Source of the DNA: Neisseria sp.
GTDB taxonomy: Bacteria > Pseudomonadota > Gammaproteobacteria > Burkholderiales > Neisseriaceae
Reading direction: 5' to 3'
Length of the DNA: 64,000 nucleotides
Assembly: GCF_041804105.1 (NCBI RefSeq)
Contig: NZ_JBHCJY010000018.1
Span: 663-64,662 of the forward strand
The position numbers and the translations under genes were made by a program. Position 1 is the first letter of the stretch. Each line of letters begins with the position of its first letter. The notes beneath the pieces were generated by a model. That model saw only the letters and a list, made by a program, of their open reading frames with translations. It did no database searches and had not been told where the DNA came from. Of the stretch, positions 30,813 to 41,164 are shown piece after piece.

Positions 30813-32000
30813 ATGCAAAACCACATCACGCCCAATTTCTCCTTCGCCCCCATCATTCCCGAACGCGCTTCGGGCAGCCGAGTGTGGGATACCGAAGGCC
30901 GCGAATATGTGGACTTGGCGGGCGGCATCGCCGTCAACGCGCTCGGCCACTGCCATCCCAAACTGGTGCAGGCCCTGCACGAACAGTCGCAGAAACTGTG
31001 GCACATTTCCAATATCTACACCACCCGACAGGCGCAGGAGCTGGCGGCCAAACTGGTGAACCATACCTTTGCCGACAAAGTGTTTTTCTGCAACTCGGGC
31101 GCGGAAGCCAACGAAGCCGCACTCAAACTGGCGCGCAAATACGGCCGCGACCGCTCCGACGGCAGCAAAACCGAAATCATCGCCTGCACCAACAGCTTCC
31201 ACGGCCGCACGCTGTTTACCGTATCCGTAGGCGGCCAGCCCAAATACAGCAAAGATTTCGCCCCCCTTCCCGAAGGCATCACCCATGTGCCGTTCAACGA
31301 CACCGCCGCACTCGAAGCCGCCGTATCCGAACGCACCTGCGCCGTGATTATCGAACCGATTCAGGGCGAAAGCGGCATCCTGCCCGCCGACCCGGCCTAT
31401 CTCGAAGCCGCCCGCCGCCTGTGCGACCGCCACGGCGCGCTGCTGATTTTCGACGAAGTGCAAACCGGCATGGGGCGCACAGGCAAACTGTTCGCCTGCG
31501 AACATTCCGGCGTCGTACCCGACATTCTCAGCAGCGCGAAAGCCTTGGGCTGCGGCTTCCCCATCGGCGCCATCCTGACCACCGATGCCGTTGCGCCCAC
31601 GTTTTCCCCGGGCACGCACGGCTCCACGTTCGGCGGCAACCCGCTCGCCTGCGCCGTCGCCTCCGCCGCTTTCGACATCATCAACGCCCCCGGAACACTG
31701 GCACACGCCGAAACCCAAGGCGGAAAACTGCGTACCGCGCTGGAACGGCTCGGACGCGAAACAGGTGTGTTCAAACAAGTGCGCGGCATGGGGCTGCTCA
31801 TCGGCTGCGTCATGGCGGATGCTTACGGAAACCGCGCGGGCGAACTGGTATCGCAGGCTTTGAAAGACGGACTGATGGTATTGTCGGCCGGCGCAAACGT
31901 CGTGCGGTTCGCACCGTCGCTGCTGCTGTCCGACGAAGATTTGCACGAAGGCATACGCCGTCTGAAAACCGCCGTACAACATTGGCTTCAGGCCGTCTGA
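30813..32000 (+). CDS. argD: Acetylornithine/succinylornithine aminotransferase (PLP class III)
   Basis: NSGAEANEAA, FHGRT, IEPIQGE, FDEVQTG, AKALG, HGSTFGGNP. Confidence 0.9.
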   Translation: MQNHITPNFSFAPIIPERASGSRVWDTEGREYVDLAGGIAVNALGHCHPKLVQALHEQSQKLWHISNIYTTRQAQELAAKLVNHTFADKVFFCNSGAEANEAALKLARKYGRDRSDGSKTEIIACTNSFHGRTLFTVSVGGQPKYSKDFAPLPEGITHVPFNDTAALEAAVSERTCAVIIEPIQGESGILPADPAYLEAARRLCDRHGALLIFDEVQTGMGRTGKLFACEHSGVVPDILSSAKALGCGFPIGAILTTDAVAPTFSPGTHGSTFGGNPLACAVASAAFDIINAPGTLAHAETQGGKLRTALERLGRETGVFKQVRGMGLLIGCVMADAYGNRAGELVSQALKDGLMVLSAGANVVRFAPSLLLSDEDLHEGIRRLKTAVQHWLQAV

Positions 32001-32244
32001 AAATATTCCGCAGGGCGGAACCGTCCGCCCTTGCTTTAACCGGGCCACCGCAAAAATACGGCGGCCTTTGAAAAACAAAGCGCCGTCGGGAAACAGTTGA
32101 TGCGGAAACCGCCGCCGTCCGTACAGACGGAATAACTTTTTTATCTCGCCGCAAAACGTATGGCAAGGCAGGTTCGCCCCCTACTCTCCCGTATGCCCAC
32201 CCGGATTTCTTTTCAGACGGCCTACCCGTCTCCCGCCCCTCCCT

Positions 32245-33177
32245 ATGGATACCGCCCTGCTGCTTGCCGGAAAAATCACCGGCCTGATTCTGATCGTATT
32301 GATGGGTTTCGCGCTCGTGAAAGCCAAGTTGATGACAACGGAAGACAGCCGTCCGCTGTCGGTCATCGCGCTGTATGTTATCAGCCCGTCGGTGATGATT
32401 AACGCTTTCCAAACCGATGCTTCGCCCGAAGTGTTGAAAGGGCTGGCGCTGTCGTTCGGTTTGGCCGTTTTCTTCCATGTCCTGCTGATTCTGCTGGGCA
32501 GGCTGTTCAAACGCCTGTTCGGGTTGGACGCGCTCGAGCAGGCCGCCACCGTATATTCCAATTCGGGTAATCTGATTATCCCCATCGTGATGTCGCTGTT
32601 CGGCGGAGAATGGGTGATTTACGCCAGCGGCTTTATCGTGGTGCAGACTTTTCTGGTGTGGACGCACCTGCGTATGCTGCTCAGCGGTACCAACCGTCTG
32701 TCGTGGAAGACCATGCTGTCGAACATCAACATCCTGTCGATGCTGGCGGGCATGGTGCTGTTCGCGCTGCAAATCCGCCTGCCTGCGGTCATTACCGACA
32801 CGCTCTCTTCGGTCGGCATCATGATCGGCCCCGTCGCCATGCTGGTGGCCGGTATGCTCATCGCCGCCCTGCCCCTGCGCGACATCATCGCGTCCAAACG
32901 CGTTTACCTGGTTGCCCTGCTGCGGTTGGTGGTGATGCCGTTCGTCATGCTGCTGGCGGTGAAAATATGCGGTTTCGCCCATATGGGCGGCCACAGCGAT
33001 ACGGTGGTACTCATCAGCTTCCTCGCCACGGTCAGCCCGGCCGCCGCCACGGTAACCAATATGGCCGTGGTGTACGGCGGCAATGCCCGCAAAGCGGGGG
33101 CGATTTACGGCGTAACCACGCTGTTGTGCGTCATCACCATGCCGTTGATGATTGCGCTTTATGACTGGATTATGTAA
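32245..33177 (+). CDS. AEC-family (auxin efflux carrier-like) membrane permease
   Basis: About 10 TM helices, YSNSGNLIIP and PAAATV motifs. Confidence 0.85.
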   Translation: MDTALLLAGKITGLILIVLMGFALVKAKLMTTEDSRPLSVIALYVISPSVMINAFQTDASPEVLKGLALSFGLAVFFHVLLILLGRLFKRLFGLDALEQAATVYSNSGNLIIPIVMSLFGGEWVIYASGFIVVQTFLVWTHLRMLLSGTNRLSWKTMLSNINILSMLAGMVLFALQIRLPAVITDTLSSVGIMIGPVAMLVAGMLIAALPLRDIIASKRVYLVALLRLVVMPFVMLLAVKICGFAHMGGHSDTVVLISFLATVSPAAATVTNMAVVYGGNARKAGAIYGVTTLLCVITMPLMIALYDWIM

Positions 33178-33373
33178 ACGTTCGGGCCGTCTGAAATCCG
33201 GCTGTTGCGGTTGCTTCGGCCACCGTCCGTATTAACGCCTTTTTGTGCCGGTATTTCCGTATCCGCCATGCGACTCCACACCAGACAGAGGCCGTCTGAA
33301 AAACAGTTTTCAGACGGCCTGATGCTATAATCTGCGCCCCTTCGTCCGTTTTTCCCCAACATCATCCGCAGCC

Positions 33374-35374
33374 ATGAAACTCAATCCCCAGCAACAACAG
33401 GCCGTCAACTATCTCGGCGGCCCCCTGCTCGTGCTTGCCGGCGCGGGCAGCGGCAAAACGGGCGTGATTACCCAAAAAATCAAGCACCTGATTGTGAACG
33501 TCGGCTACCCGCCGCACACCGTGGCCGCGATTACGTTTACCAACAAAGCCGCGCACGAAATGCAGGAGCGCGTGTCGAAAATGCTGCCGAAAAAGCAGAC
33601 GCGCGGGCTGACGATCTGCACCTTTCACTCGCTGGGCATGAAAATCCTGCGCGAAGAAGCGGCGAACATCGGTTATAAAAAGAATTTTTCGATACTCGAC
33701 GGCACCGACAGCGCAAAAATCATCAACGAACTGTTGGGCAGCACGGGCAAAGAAGCGGTGTTTAAGGCACAACACCAGATTTCGCTGTGGAAAAACGATT
33801 TGAAAACGCCCGAAGACATTGTTCAGACGGCCTCAAACGAATGGGAACGCCAGATAGCGCGGGTATATGCGGGTTATCAGTCCACGCTCGAACATTATCA
33901 GGCGGTGGATTTCGACGACCTCATCCGCCTGCCCGCGGTACTGCTGCGCGACAACGCCGAAGTACGCCGCAAATGGCAGCTCCGCCTGCGCTACCTGCTG
34001 GTGGACGAATGCCAGGATACCAATGCCTGCCAATACATGCTGATGAAACTGCTGACCGGCGCGGAAGGCATGTTTACCGCCGTGGGCGACGACGACCAGT
34101 CGATTTACGCATGGCGCGGCGCGAATATGGAAAACCTGCGCCAAATGCAGGAAGACTACCCGCAGATGAAAGTCGTCAAGCTCGAACAGAATTACCGTTC
34201 CACCGCGCGGATTCTGAAAGTGGCCAACAAAGTGATTGAAAACAATCCCAAACTGTTCAAAAAAACCCTCTGGTCCCAATTCGGCATGGGCGAGCAAATC
34301 AAAGTGGTGGCCTGCCAAAACGAACAGCACGAAGCCGAATGGGTGGTCAGCCAGATTGTGAAACAGAAACTGGTTGGCGGCGACAAAACCCAATACGCCG
34401 ATTTCGCCGTACTCTACCGCGGCAACCATCAGGCGCGCATCTTCGAAGAAGCCCTGCGCAGCGCGCGCGTGCCCTACCGTCTTTCAGGCGGCCAGAGCTT
34501 TTTCGACAAAGCCGAAATCAAAGACGTATTGGCCTACATCCGCCTGATTGCCAATCCCGACGACGATCCCGCCTTTTTGCGCGCCGCCACCACCCCCAAA
34601 CGCGGCATCGGCGACGTAACGCTGGGCAAGCTCAACGCCTACGCCCAAGCGCACGGTTGCAGCCTGTATCAGGCCGCATTGCAGGAAACCGCCCTGTCCG
34701 AACTCTCCGCCGCCGCCCGCGAACACGTTTGCAGTTTCATGGATTTGATGGAAAACAGCCGCCGCCGCGCCGAAACCGACCCCGCCGGAGAACTCGTCAA
34801 CAGCCTGCTGGCCGACATCGGCTACGAAGCCCACCTGTTAAACAGCGAAGAAGGCAAAGCCGGCGAAATCAAATGGCGCAACGTCTGCGACCTTACCGGC
34901 TGGCTCGCCCGAAAAGGCGAACAAGACGGCAAAAACCTCATCGAAATCGCCCAAACCATCGCCCTGATGACGCTGCTCGAAGGCAAAGACGAAGACGAAA
35001 ACGACGCCGTCAAACTCTCCACCCTGCACGCCAGCAAAGGCTTGGAATACCCCTACGTCTTTCTCGCAGGCTGCGAAGAAGGCATCCTGCCCCACGCCGA
35101 CAGCATCGAAGAAGCCAACGTCGAAGAAGAACGCCGCCTGATGTACGTCGGCATTACCCGAGCCAAACGCCAACTCACGCTCACCCACTGCATCAAACGC
35201 AAACGCGCCGGCACATGGCAGTTCCCCGAACCCAGCCGCTTCATCGACGAAATGCCGCAGGAAGACTTGAAAATACTCGGCAGAAAAGGCGGCGAACCGA
35301 TTGTGAGCAAAGAAGAAGGCAGAAGCAATCTCGCGGGGCTTCAGGCCATGCTGGCCGCAAAAGGAGCGAAATAA
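33374..35374 (+). CDS. rep: ATP-dependent DNA helicase Rep (UvrD/Rep family)
   Basis: AGAGSGKT, TFTNKAA, DECQDTN, VGDDDQSIY, TLHASKGLE, YVGITRA; no UvrD-type C-terminal extension. Confidence 0.9.
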   Translation: MKLNPQQQQAVNYLGGPLLVLAGAGSGKTGVITQKIKHLIVNVGYPPHTVAAITFTNKAAHEMQERVSKMLPKKQTRGLTICTFHSLGMKILREEAANIGYKKNFSILDGTDSAKIINELLGSTGKEAVFKAQHQISLWKNDLKTPEDIVQTASNEWERQIARVYAGYQSTLEHYQAVDFDDLIRLPAVLLRDNAEVRRKWQLRLRYLLVDECQDTNACQYMLMKLLTGAEGMFTAVGDDDQSIYAWRGANMENLRQMQEDYPQMKVVKLEQNYRSTARILKVANKVIENNPKLFKKTLWSQFGMGEQIKVVACQNEQHEAEWVVSQIVKQKLVGGDKTQYADFAVLYRGNHQARIFEEALRSARVPYRLSGGQSFFDKAEIKDVLAYIRLIANPDDDPAFLRAATTPKRGIGDVTLGKLNAYAQAHGCSLYQAALQETALSELSAAAREHVCSFMDLMENSRRRAETDPAGELVNSLLADIGYEAHLLNSEEGKAGEIKWRNVCDLTGWLARKGEQDGKNLIEIAQTIALMTLLEGKDEDENDAVKLSTLHASKGLEYPYVFLAGCEEGILPHADSIEEANVEEERRLMYVGITRAKRQLTLTHCIKRKRAGTWQFPEPSRFIDEMPQEDLKILGRKGGEPIVSKEEGRSNLAGLQAMLAAKGAK

Positions 35375-35514
35375 CGCGGGGCGGAAACACGCTGTTCGTT
35401 GCTCAATCAACCGGAACACATACACAAACCTGACATATCGATACATCAAGGTCGTCTGAAAAAGTTTTCAGACGGCCTTTGACGGTTTTGGCCGTATTCG
35501 GATATGACGTTTTC

Positions 35515-35617
35515 TCCATTCCCGCGCAGGCGGGAATCCGGCGTTGGCATTCAGAAACTTTTTTACTCATACGCTTGTGAATATTGACCACAGATTCCCG
35601 CCTGCGCGGGAATGACG
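35515..35617. repeat. NIME repeat
   Basis: Two perfect inverted dRS3 copies around a core resembling those at 9.5 and 11.1 kb. Confidence 0.88.
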
Positions 35618-35794
35618 GCTTCCGAAGGTTGCACAATACAATCGCCAATCAAAATTAAGAGCAAAACCATGCGGCCAGGCAGAATGCCGCAACCATGCAC
35701 ACAACAAATGCCGTCTGAAAAAACAGGCCGTCTGAAAACTTTTCAGACGGCCTGTTCCATCGGTACACAGGGTTACACCGCTTTATCCAACCCG

Positions 35795-37525
35795 TTAACT
35801 CGGGCACTTCAAGCCCAGCCACTTCATCGCACCGTCGTTGTCGGTTTCTTTCACGGTTAAGATAAAGTCGCCGATGTGGATGCGGTCGCCTTCCACCGGC
35901 ACGCTGCCTTCGAAACGCTTTTTGAACAGGCCGCGCAGGGTCAGGCCGCGTTCTTCGTTGTCGAGTTTCAGGCCGTAGGCATCGGCCAAATCACCCGCCA
36001 TGCTGGAGGGATTGACGACAAATTCGCCGAAGAAGTTGAAATTCATGCGCACGGAACTGCCGGTTTCGGCAAAACGTTTGGCGATGGTTTCCACCTGCTC
36101 GGGCGGCACGATATACCAAGCGATGTCGCCCGCTTGCAGGCGGGTGTCCAAGCCCAGTTCTTCGCGTTTGCCGCCGCGTATCAGGGCGAAACAGCGGGTG
36201 GAGAGCAAGTCCAAATCCTGAGCGACTTCGTCGGGGTGCATGCCTTCGGCATCGGAGTCGGCCAGCACTTCGTAAGCCAGCAGCGGTACGGATTCGTTTT
36301 CCGAGAGCCAGATTTCGCGGCTGTCTTTCGGTTCGGGTTTCGGCGGCACGGTCACTTTGAGCCAGTGTGCCACCACGGGAATGGTGGTACCCTGAATCAG
36401 CAGGGAAAGAATCACGACGGCAAATGCCACGTCAAACAACAGCCGCGCGTTGGGCACGCCCATCACCAGCGGCATCATCGCCAGCGTAATCGGCACCGCG
36501 CCACGCAGCCCCACCCAGCTGATGTAGGCCATTTCGCGCGGGCTGTAATGGAATTTCCAAATGCCGCTCACCACCGCCAACGGACGCGCCACCAGCATCA
36601 GGAAGGCGGCGATGGCCAGCGCGTCCAGCCCCTGTTCCCAAAGATGGTGCGGCGTAACCAGCAGGCCGAGCACCACAAACATACTTGCTTGAGCGAGCCA
36701 TGCCAGGCCGTCCATCACGCGCAAAACGTGTTCGGTGGCGTGGCTGTGGCGGTTGCCCACGAGAATGCCCGCCAGATAGACGGCCAAAAAGCCGCTGCCG
36801 CCGATCAGGTTGGTCAAACCGAAAATCAGCAGGCCGCCCGACACAATCATCAGCGCATACAGCCCTTCGGCCAAATTCAGACGGCGTGTCAGCCGCGACA
36901 GGATTTTGCCGCCGAGAAAGCCTGCCCCCAAACCGAAGCCGAGTTGGAGCAGCAGCATCCACAAAAACGAAAACACGCCTGATTCTTCGGGAGTGAGCGT
37001 GAGCGAAATCAGCGCGGTTACCAGAAAAATCGCCATCGGGTCGTTCGCGCCCGACTCGATTTCCAGCGTAGCCTGCACGCGTTCGTTAAGGCGCACACCG
37101 CTGTTGCGCAACAGGCTGAACACCGCGCCCGCGTCGGTCGAACCGACGATGGCGGCCATCAGGATGCCGAACCGCCAGTCCCAATCCATATACCATGTGG
37201 CGAACAGGCCGAGCAGCGCAACCGTGGCTATCACGCCCCAACTGGCCAATACGGACGCAGGTTTCAAGGCAATGCGGAAGCTGTCGAGCTTGGTGCGCAG
37301 GCCGCCGTCGAGCAGAATCACCGCCAAGGCCAGTTGGCCGATGGCTGTGGCGGTAAAGAAATTGTCGAACTTAATGCCGCCGATGCCCTCTTCGCCCGCC
37401 AGCATGCCGATAACGAGAAACATCAGAAGCAGCGGCATACCCAGCCGCGCCGACAGCGTGGTGGAAATCACGCTGAGAAAGAGCAGCAGCCCGCCGAGTA
37501 CGAATAAACTGTTGAGTCCGTCCAT
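35795..37525 (-). CDS. cvrA: K+/H+ antiporter NhaP2/CvrA
   Basis: ILLDGGLRT, STDAGAV, ESGANDP, WVGLRGAVP, C-terminal CorC/HlyC-like domain. Start set at 37525. Confidence 0.9.
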   Translation of the reverse strand: MDGLNSLFVLGGLLLFLSVISTTLSARLGMPLLLMFLVIGMLAGEEGIGGIKFDNFFTATAIGQLALAVILLDGGLRTKLDSFRIALKPASVLASWGVIATVALLGLFATWYMDWDWRFGILMAAIVGSTDAGAVFSLLRNSGVRLNERVQATLEIESGANDPMAIFLVTALISLTLTPEESGVFSFLWMLLLQLGFGLGAGFLGGKILSRLTRRLNLAEGLYALMIVSGGLLIFGLTNLIGGSGFLAVYLAGILVGNRHSHATEHVLRVMDGLAWLAQASMFVVLGLLVTPHHLWEQGLDALAIAAFLMLVARPLAVVSGIWKFHYSPREMAYISWVGLRGAVPITLAMMPLVMGVPNARLLFDVAFAVVILSLLIQGTTIPVVAHWLKVTVPPKPEPKDSREIWLSENESVPLLAYEVLADSDAEGMHPDEVAQDLDLLSTRCFALIRGGKREELGLDTRLQAGDIAWYIVPPEQVETIAKRFAETGSSVRMNFNFFGEFVVNPSSMAGDLADAYGLKLDNEERGLTLRGLFKKRFEGSVPVEGDRIHIGDFILTVKETDNDGAMKWLGLKCPS

Positions 37526-37775
37526 AACGATTGTGAAAAGTGTGTGCGCAGATGATGGAAAGTGTGCGTATTCTAGCATAAAAACGCTTGTTTTTTAGTA
37601 TCTTGCCAGCCCGCCGCCACACATATCCTGCCGATTGGCATAACCGTAAAACCAAGCACGATACTGCCGCCGCATACGGTTTGCCGACTCCGCTTCATTA
37701 CTGGCACTTCCGCCCCAAACAACACAGGCCGTCTGAAAACTTTTCAGACGGCCTGTTGCCCGACGGCATGCCCGT

Positions 37776-38966
37776 TTAACCGTTTTGCCCGAAAAAATCC
37801 TTGCGCCTTACCATTACCGCAGCCAACAGTAAAGCCGCCGACGCCAAGGCCGCACCGCTGAAACCGATGTTTGGCAGACCCAGCGCGGCGGCGGCATATT
37901 TGCCGAGCAGCGCGCCGCCGCCGATGCCGACGTTGAACAGCCCCGAAAACACCGACTGCGCCACATCGGTCGCATCGGACGCAAAACGCAAAACGCACGA
38001 CTGCATCCCCAAGCTCACCAGCATCAGAGCCACGCCCCACGCAAACGCCAGCGCGTTCATCCCCCATACCGAACCCGACAGCGGCAGCATCAGCAGCATG
38101 GCCGACACCGCCACGGCCACCGCACCGGAAAACAGCATCTTCGGATGCTTGGCAAACCATTTGCCGAACACGAACGAACCGGCAAAACCCGACACACCGT
38201 ACACCAGCAGCAGCACGGTCACGTCGCCCGCCGCAAAACCGCCCACCTGCAACACGAACGGCTCGATGTAATTGTAGGCCGTGAAATGCGCGGTAATCAT
38301 CAAAACGGTAAAACCGTACAGCATCATCAGGTTAGGCCGTCTGAAAAGCTGCGGCAGACTGGCCAGCGACCCCGTGTTCACGCTCGGCAGCAGCGGCAGG
38401 TTTTTCGCCAGCACCGCCATGACCGCCGCCGCACACAGGCCGACAATCAGAAACATTGTCTGCCAACCCGCCCATTGCCCGACAATCCGCCCCAGCGGAA
38501 TCCCCGCCACCATCGCCATCACCGACCCCGTGCTCAGCCAGCCCAAAGCCTGATTGCTCCGCCCTTTGGGCGCAATCCGCACCGCCAGCGCCGCCGTCAC
38601 CGACCAAAACACCGCATGCGTCAGTGCAATCCCGATGCGGCTCGCCAACAACACGTTGAAACTCCAAGCGAAAAACGACAAAACATGGCTCGCGGCAAAC
38701 AGCGCGAACAGCCACATCAGCAGCTTGCGCCGCTCGATTTTGCGCGTCAGCAGCATCAGCGGCAGCGAAAGGAAGGCCACAATCGCCGCATACACCGCCA
38801 TCATCACGCCCGCTTCCGTCGGCTTCATGCCGAAAGTCGCGCCGATGTCGCTCAACAGCGCAATCGGCACATATTCGGTGGTATTGAAAATAAACGCCCC
38901 CACCGCCAAAGCGGCCACCGCCAGCCAGCGGCGGTTTTCGGAAATCGCGGTTTCCTGCACGATCAT
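37776..38966 (-). CDS. MFS transporter (SotB/YdeA-like sugar efflux)
   Basis: AFIFNTTEYVPIALLSDI, 12 TM pattern, GLFNVGIGGGAL. Confidence 0.85.
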   Translation of the reverse strand: MIVQETAISENRRWLAVAALAVGAFIFNTTEYVPIALLSDIGATFGMKPTEAGVMMAVYAAIVAFLSLPLMLLTRKIERRKLLMWLFALFAASHVLSFFAWSFNVLLASRIGIALTHAVFWSVTAALAVRIAPKGRSNQALGWLSTGSVMAMVAGIPLGRIVGQWAGWQTMFLIVGLCAAAVMAVLAKNLPLLPSVNTGSLASLPQLFRRPNLMMLYGFTVLMITAHFTAYNYIEPFVLQVGGFAAGDVTVLLLVYGVSGFAGSFVFGKWFAKHPKMLFSGAVAVAVSAMLLMLPLSGSVWGMNALAFAWGVALMLVSLGMQSCVLRFASDATDVAQSVFSGLFNVGIGGGALLGKYAAAALGLPNIGFSGAALASAALLLAAVMVRRKDFFGQNG

Positions 38967-39290
38967 CTCCCGTAATCTTTGAAAAAAACCGCGCATTTTA
39001 CGCCTGTTCCAACGGAGTTTGAACCGTCAATCCGCTTAAAATCGGGCAACGCCGATACAGGCCGGCTGCCGCACGGCGGTAAACGGCAGTATCGATGCCC
39101 TTGGTCGATAACCACCACCCCCTCATCGTTGCCGCCACATCACCTACCCTGTTTTCCTGCGCAGGGTTCAGATGCCGCCGACACAGCGGTAAAACGGCAC
39201 GCTCGGTATGCTGCCCACCGTCAAACTCATCAAAGCTGTGTTCGGGTATCACATTGGCAGCACACCGGCAAAACGGATTTTTCCAACTTC

Positions 39291-39398
39291 CGTCATTCCC
39301 CGTAGACGGGAATCGGGACGTTAAACCCACAAGAAACCGATGTTGTTTGCAGCATCCAAACCCACCAGTTTCCGGATGCCCGTCTGTGCAGGAATAAC
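39291..39398. repeat. Degenerate NIME repeat
   Basis: CGTCATTCCCCGTAGACGGGAATC ... GGATGCCCGTCTGTGCAGGAATAAC. Confidence 0.65.
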
Positions 39399-39651
39399 TT
39401 CTGAAAACAACCCCTTATAAACAAAAAAATGCTCAAACACAGCCATTCGCAAACCGAACGGCTGCAACTTTTCAGGACACCGCCAACCGTTTTCAGACGG
39501 CGTAACCATCAAAACGATGCAGGCCGCTTTAAAACGGCAAACCTGTTTTCAGACGGCATCCGTTTTTATCTTGCCCAAACGGTTACGCCGTCTGAAAAAA
39601 CGACCGGCCGCATCCGACCAACCGACGCACACACTCCCAACCGCAAACCGC

Positions 39652-40038
39652 CTAACCACCTAAGCCGTCGAGAATCGAACATTCCGGGCATTCGTCGCCC
39701 CTGCAGGCATCGTGCCAGCGTTGCAGTTCGCCGACCATCTGCTGCAAACGCAGAATCTGCGCGTTCAGTTCCGCGATATGGCGGGCGGTCAATTCTTTCA
39801 CTTCGCTGCTGTTGCGCTCGGGATTGTCCTGCAAACGCAGCAGCTCGGCGGTCTGCTGCAAGGAAAACCCCACTTCGCGGGCATGGCGGATGAAGCGCAG
39901 CCGCGCCAAATCCCCTTCCCCGTAACGGCGGTAACCTGCCCCGCTGCGCTGCGCCGACGGCAGCAGGCCGTGTTTTTCGTAATCGCGGATTTGTTTGGCC
40001 GACAATCCCGTTTTGCGGGCGGCTTCGCTGATGTTCAT
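39652..40038 (-). CDS. cueR: Cu(I)-responsive MerR-family regulator
   Basis: MerR HTH (MNISEAARKTGLSAKQIRDYE), C-terminal CRGDECPECSIL metal loop; divergent from copZ/copA. Confidence 0.9.
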   Translation of the reverse strand: MNISEAARKTGLSAKQIRDYEKHGLLPSAQRSGAGYRRYGEGDLARLRFIRHAREVGFSLQQTAELLRLQDNPERNSSEVKELTARHIAELNAQILRLQQMVGELQRWHDACRGDECPECSILDGLGG

Positions 40039-40041
40039 GGC

Positions 40042-40072
40042 TTGACCTTAACCTTAGGTAAAGGTTTATAGT
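40042..40072 (+). promoter_or_regulatory. CueR-type promoter/operator of copZ-DUF1349-copA
   Basis: TTGACC, 19-bp spacer, TATAGT; ACCTT-N11-AAGGT dyad at 40045-40065, as in E. coli copA. Confidence 0.9.
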
Positions 40073-40134
40073 AAAGGCCATCTGAAAACGGCGCAAGGCC
40101 GTTCCCTGCAAACTTCAAACCGAAAGGAAGCATC

Positions 40135-40344
40135 ATGAAAACCATCACCCTCAACATCGGCGGCATGACCTGCGGCGGCTGCGTCAAAAGTGTTACCAAA
40201 ATTCTGGAAGGCGTGAGCGGCGTATCCAAAGCCGAAGTCAGCCTGGAAAACGGTCATGCCGTCGTCGAATTCGATGCCGCAAAAACCCATGCCGGCGCCT
40301 TGATCGAAGCCGTGGAAGACGGCGGTTTCGACGCTTCGCTGTGA
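40135..40344 (+). CDS. copZ: Copper chaperone (HMA domain)
   Basis: GMTCGGC, 69 aa, AVEDGGF end. Confidence 0.9.
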   Translation: MKTITLNIGGMTCGGCVKSVTKILEGVSGVSKAEVSLENGHAVVEFDAAKTHAGALIEAVEDGGFDASL

Positions 40345-40387
40345 TGTTTCAGACGGCCTCTGCGGTTAATTGATTAAGGATTGGGCA

Positions 40388-40996
40388 ATGCATACGGTTT
40401 GGCAGAAAAACGCGCTGCAATGGACGCGCGAACCTGAAATTTACACGTTAAGCGACGACGAAATCACGGTGCAAACGCAGCCGCATACGGATTTGTGGCA
40501 GCGCACCTACTACCGTTTCCAAAACGACAATGCGCCCGTTTTGCAGACGGCCACCGACGAGCCTTATTTTTCTTTCGTCGTGAAAACGGCTTTCGACAGC
40601 CGCCGCCGGTTCGACCAATGCGGCATCGCGGTGTATCTCGACAGCGAAAACTGGCTCAAGGCATCGATTGAATACGAAAACGAGCGGTTCCAACATTTGG
40701 GCAGCGTGGTAACCAACCGGGGCTATTCGGATTGGGCCACCACGGAAATTCCCGCCGGTGTCCGCCACATGTGGTACCGCCTGAGCCGCCGCGGGCATGA
40801 TTTTAAAATCGAATGCTCGCCCGACGGCGAAGTATTCAGGCAGATGAGGATTTGCCATCTGGCGGCTGCGGGCGGGACGGTTTCGTTCGGCGTGTATGCG
40901 TGCAGCCCCGAAGATTCTTCGTTTACGGCACGGTTTTCCCATGCACGGGTGCTACCGTGCCAATGGCCGGCGCACGACGGCCAACAGCCCGATTGA
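40388..40996 (+). CDS. DUF1349-like (concanavalin A-fold) protein
   Basis: PHTDLWQRTYY, FDQCG, WLKASIEY, SVVTNRGYSDW, GVYACSP motifs, recognised from memory of the family. Confidence 0.75.
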   Translation: MHTVWQKNALQWTREPEIYTLSDDEITVQTQPHTDLWQRTYYRFQNDNAPVLQTATDEPYFSFVVKTAFDSRRRFDQCGIAVYLDSENWLKASIEYENERFQHLGSVVTNRGYSDWATTEIPAGVRHMWYRLSRRGHDFKIECSPDGEVFRQMRICHLAAAGGTVSFGVYACSPEDSSFTARFSHARVLPCQWPAHDGQQPD

Positions 40997-41053
40997 CACA
41001 ACAGGCCGTCTGAAAACACGGTAAACACAACAGGCCGTCTGAAAACACGGTAA
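40996..41053 (+). repeat. Perfect 2 x 29-bp direct repeat containing a DUS
   Basis: ACACAACAGGCCGTCTGAAAACACGGTAA occurs twice in tandem. Confidence 0.95.
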
Positions 41054-41164
41054 AAACGCCATGCGGCCAAGCTGTCCGCAGGTTTGAGGCCGCATCGAAG
41101 CGCAACCGCCGCGCCTGCCATTTGCGCGGCAGGCATGTTATCCCCATTCACACGGAAGCCAGCC

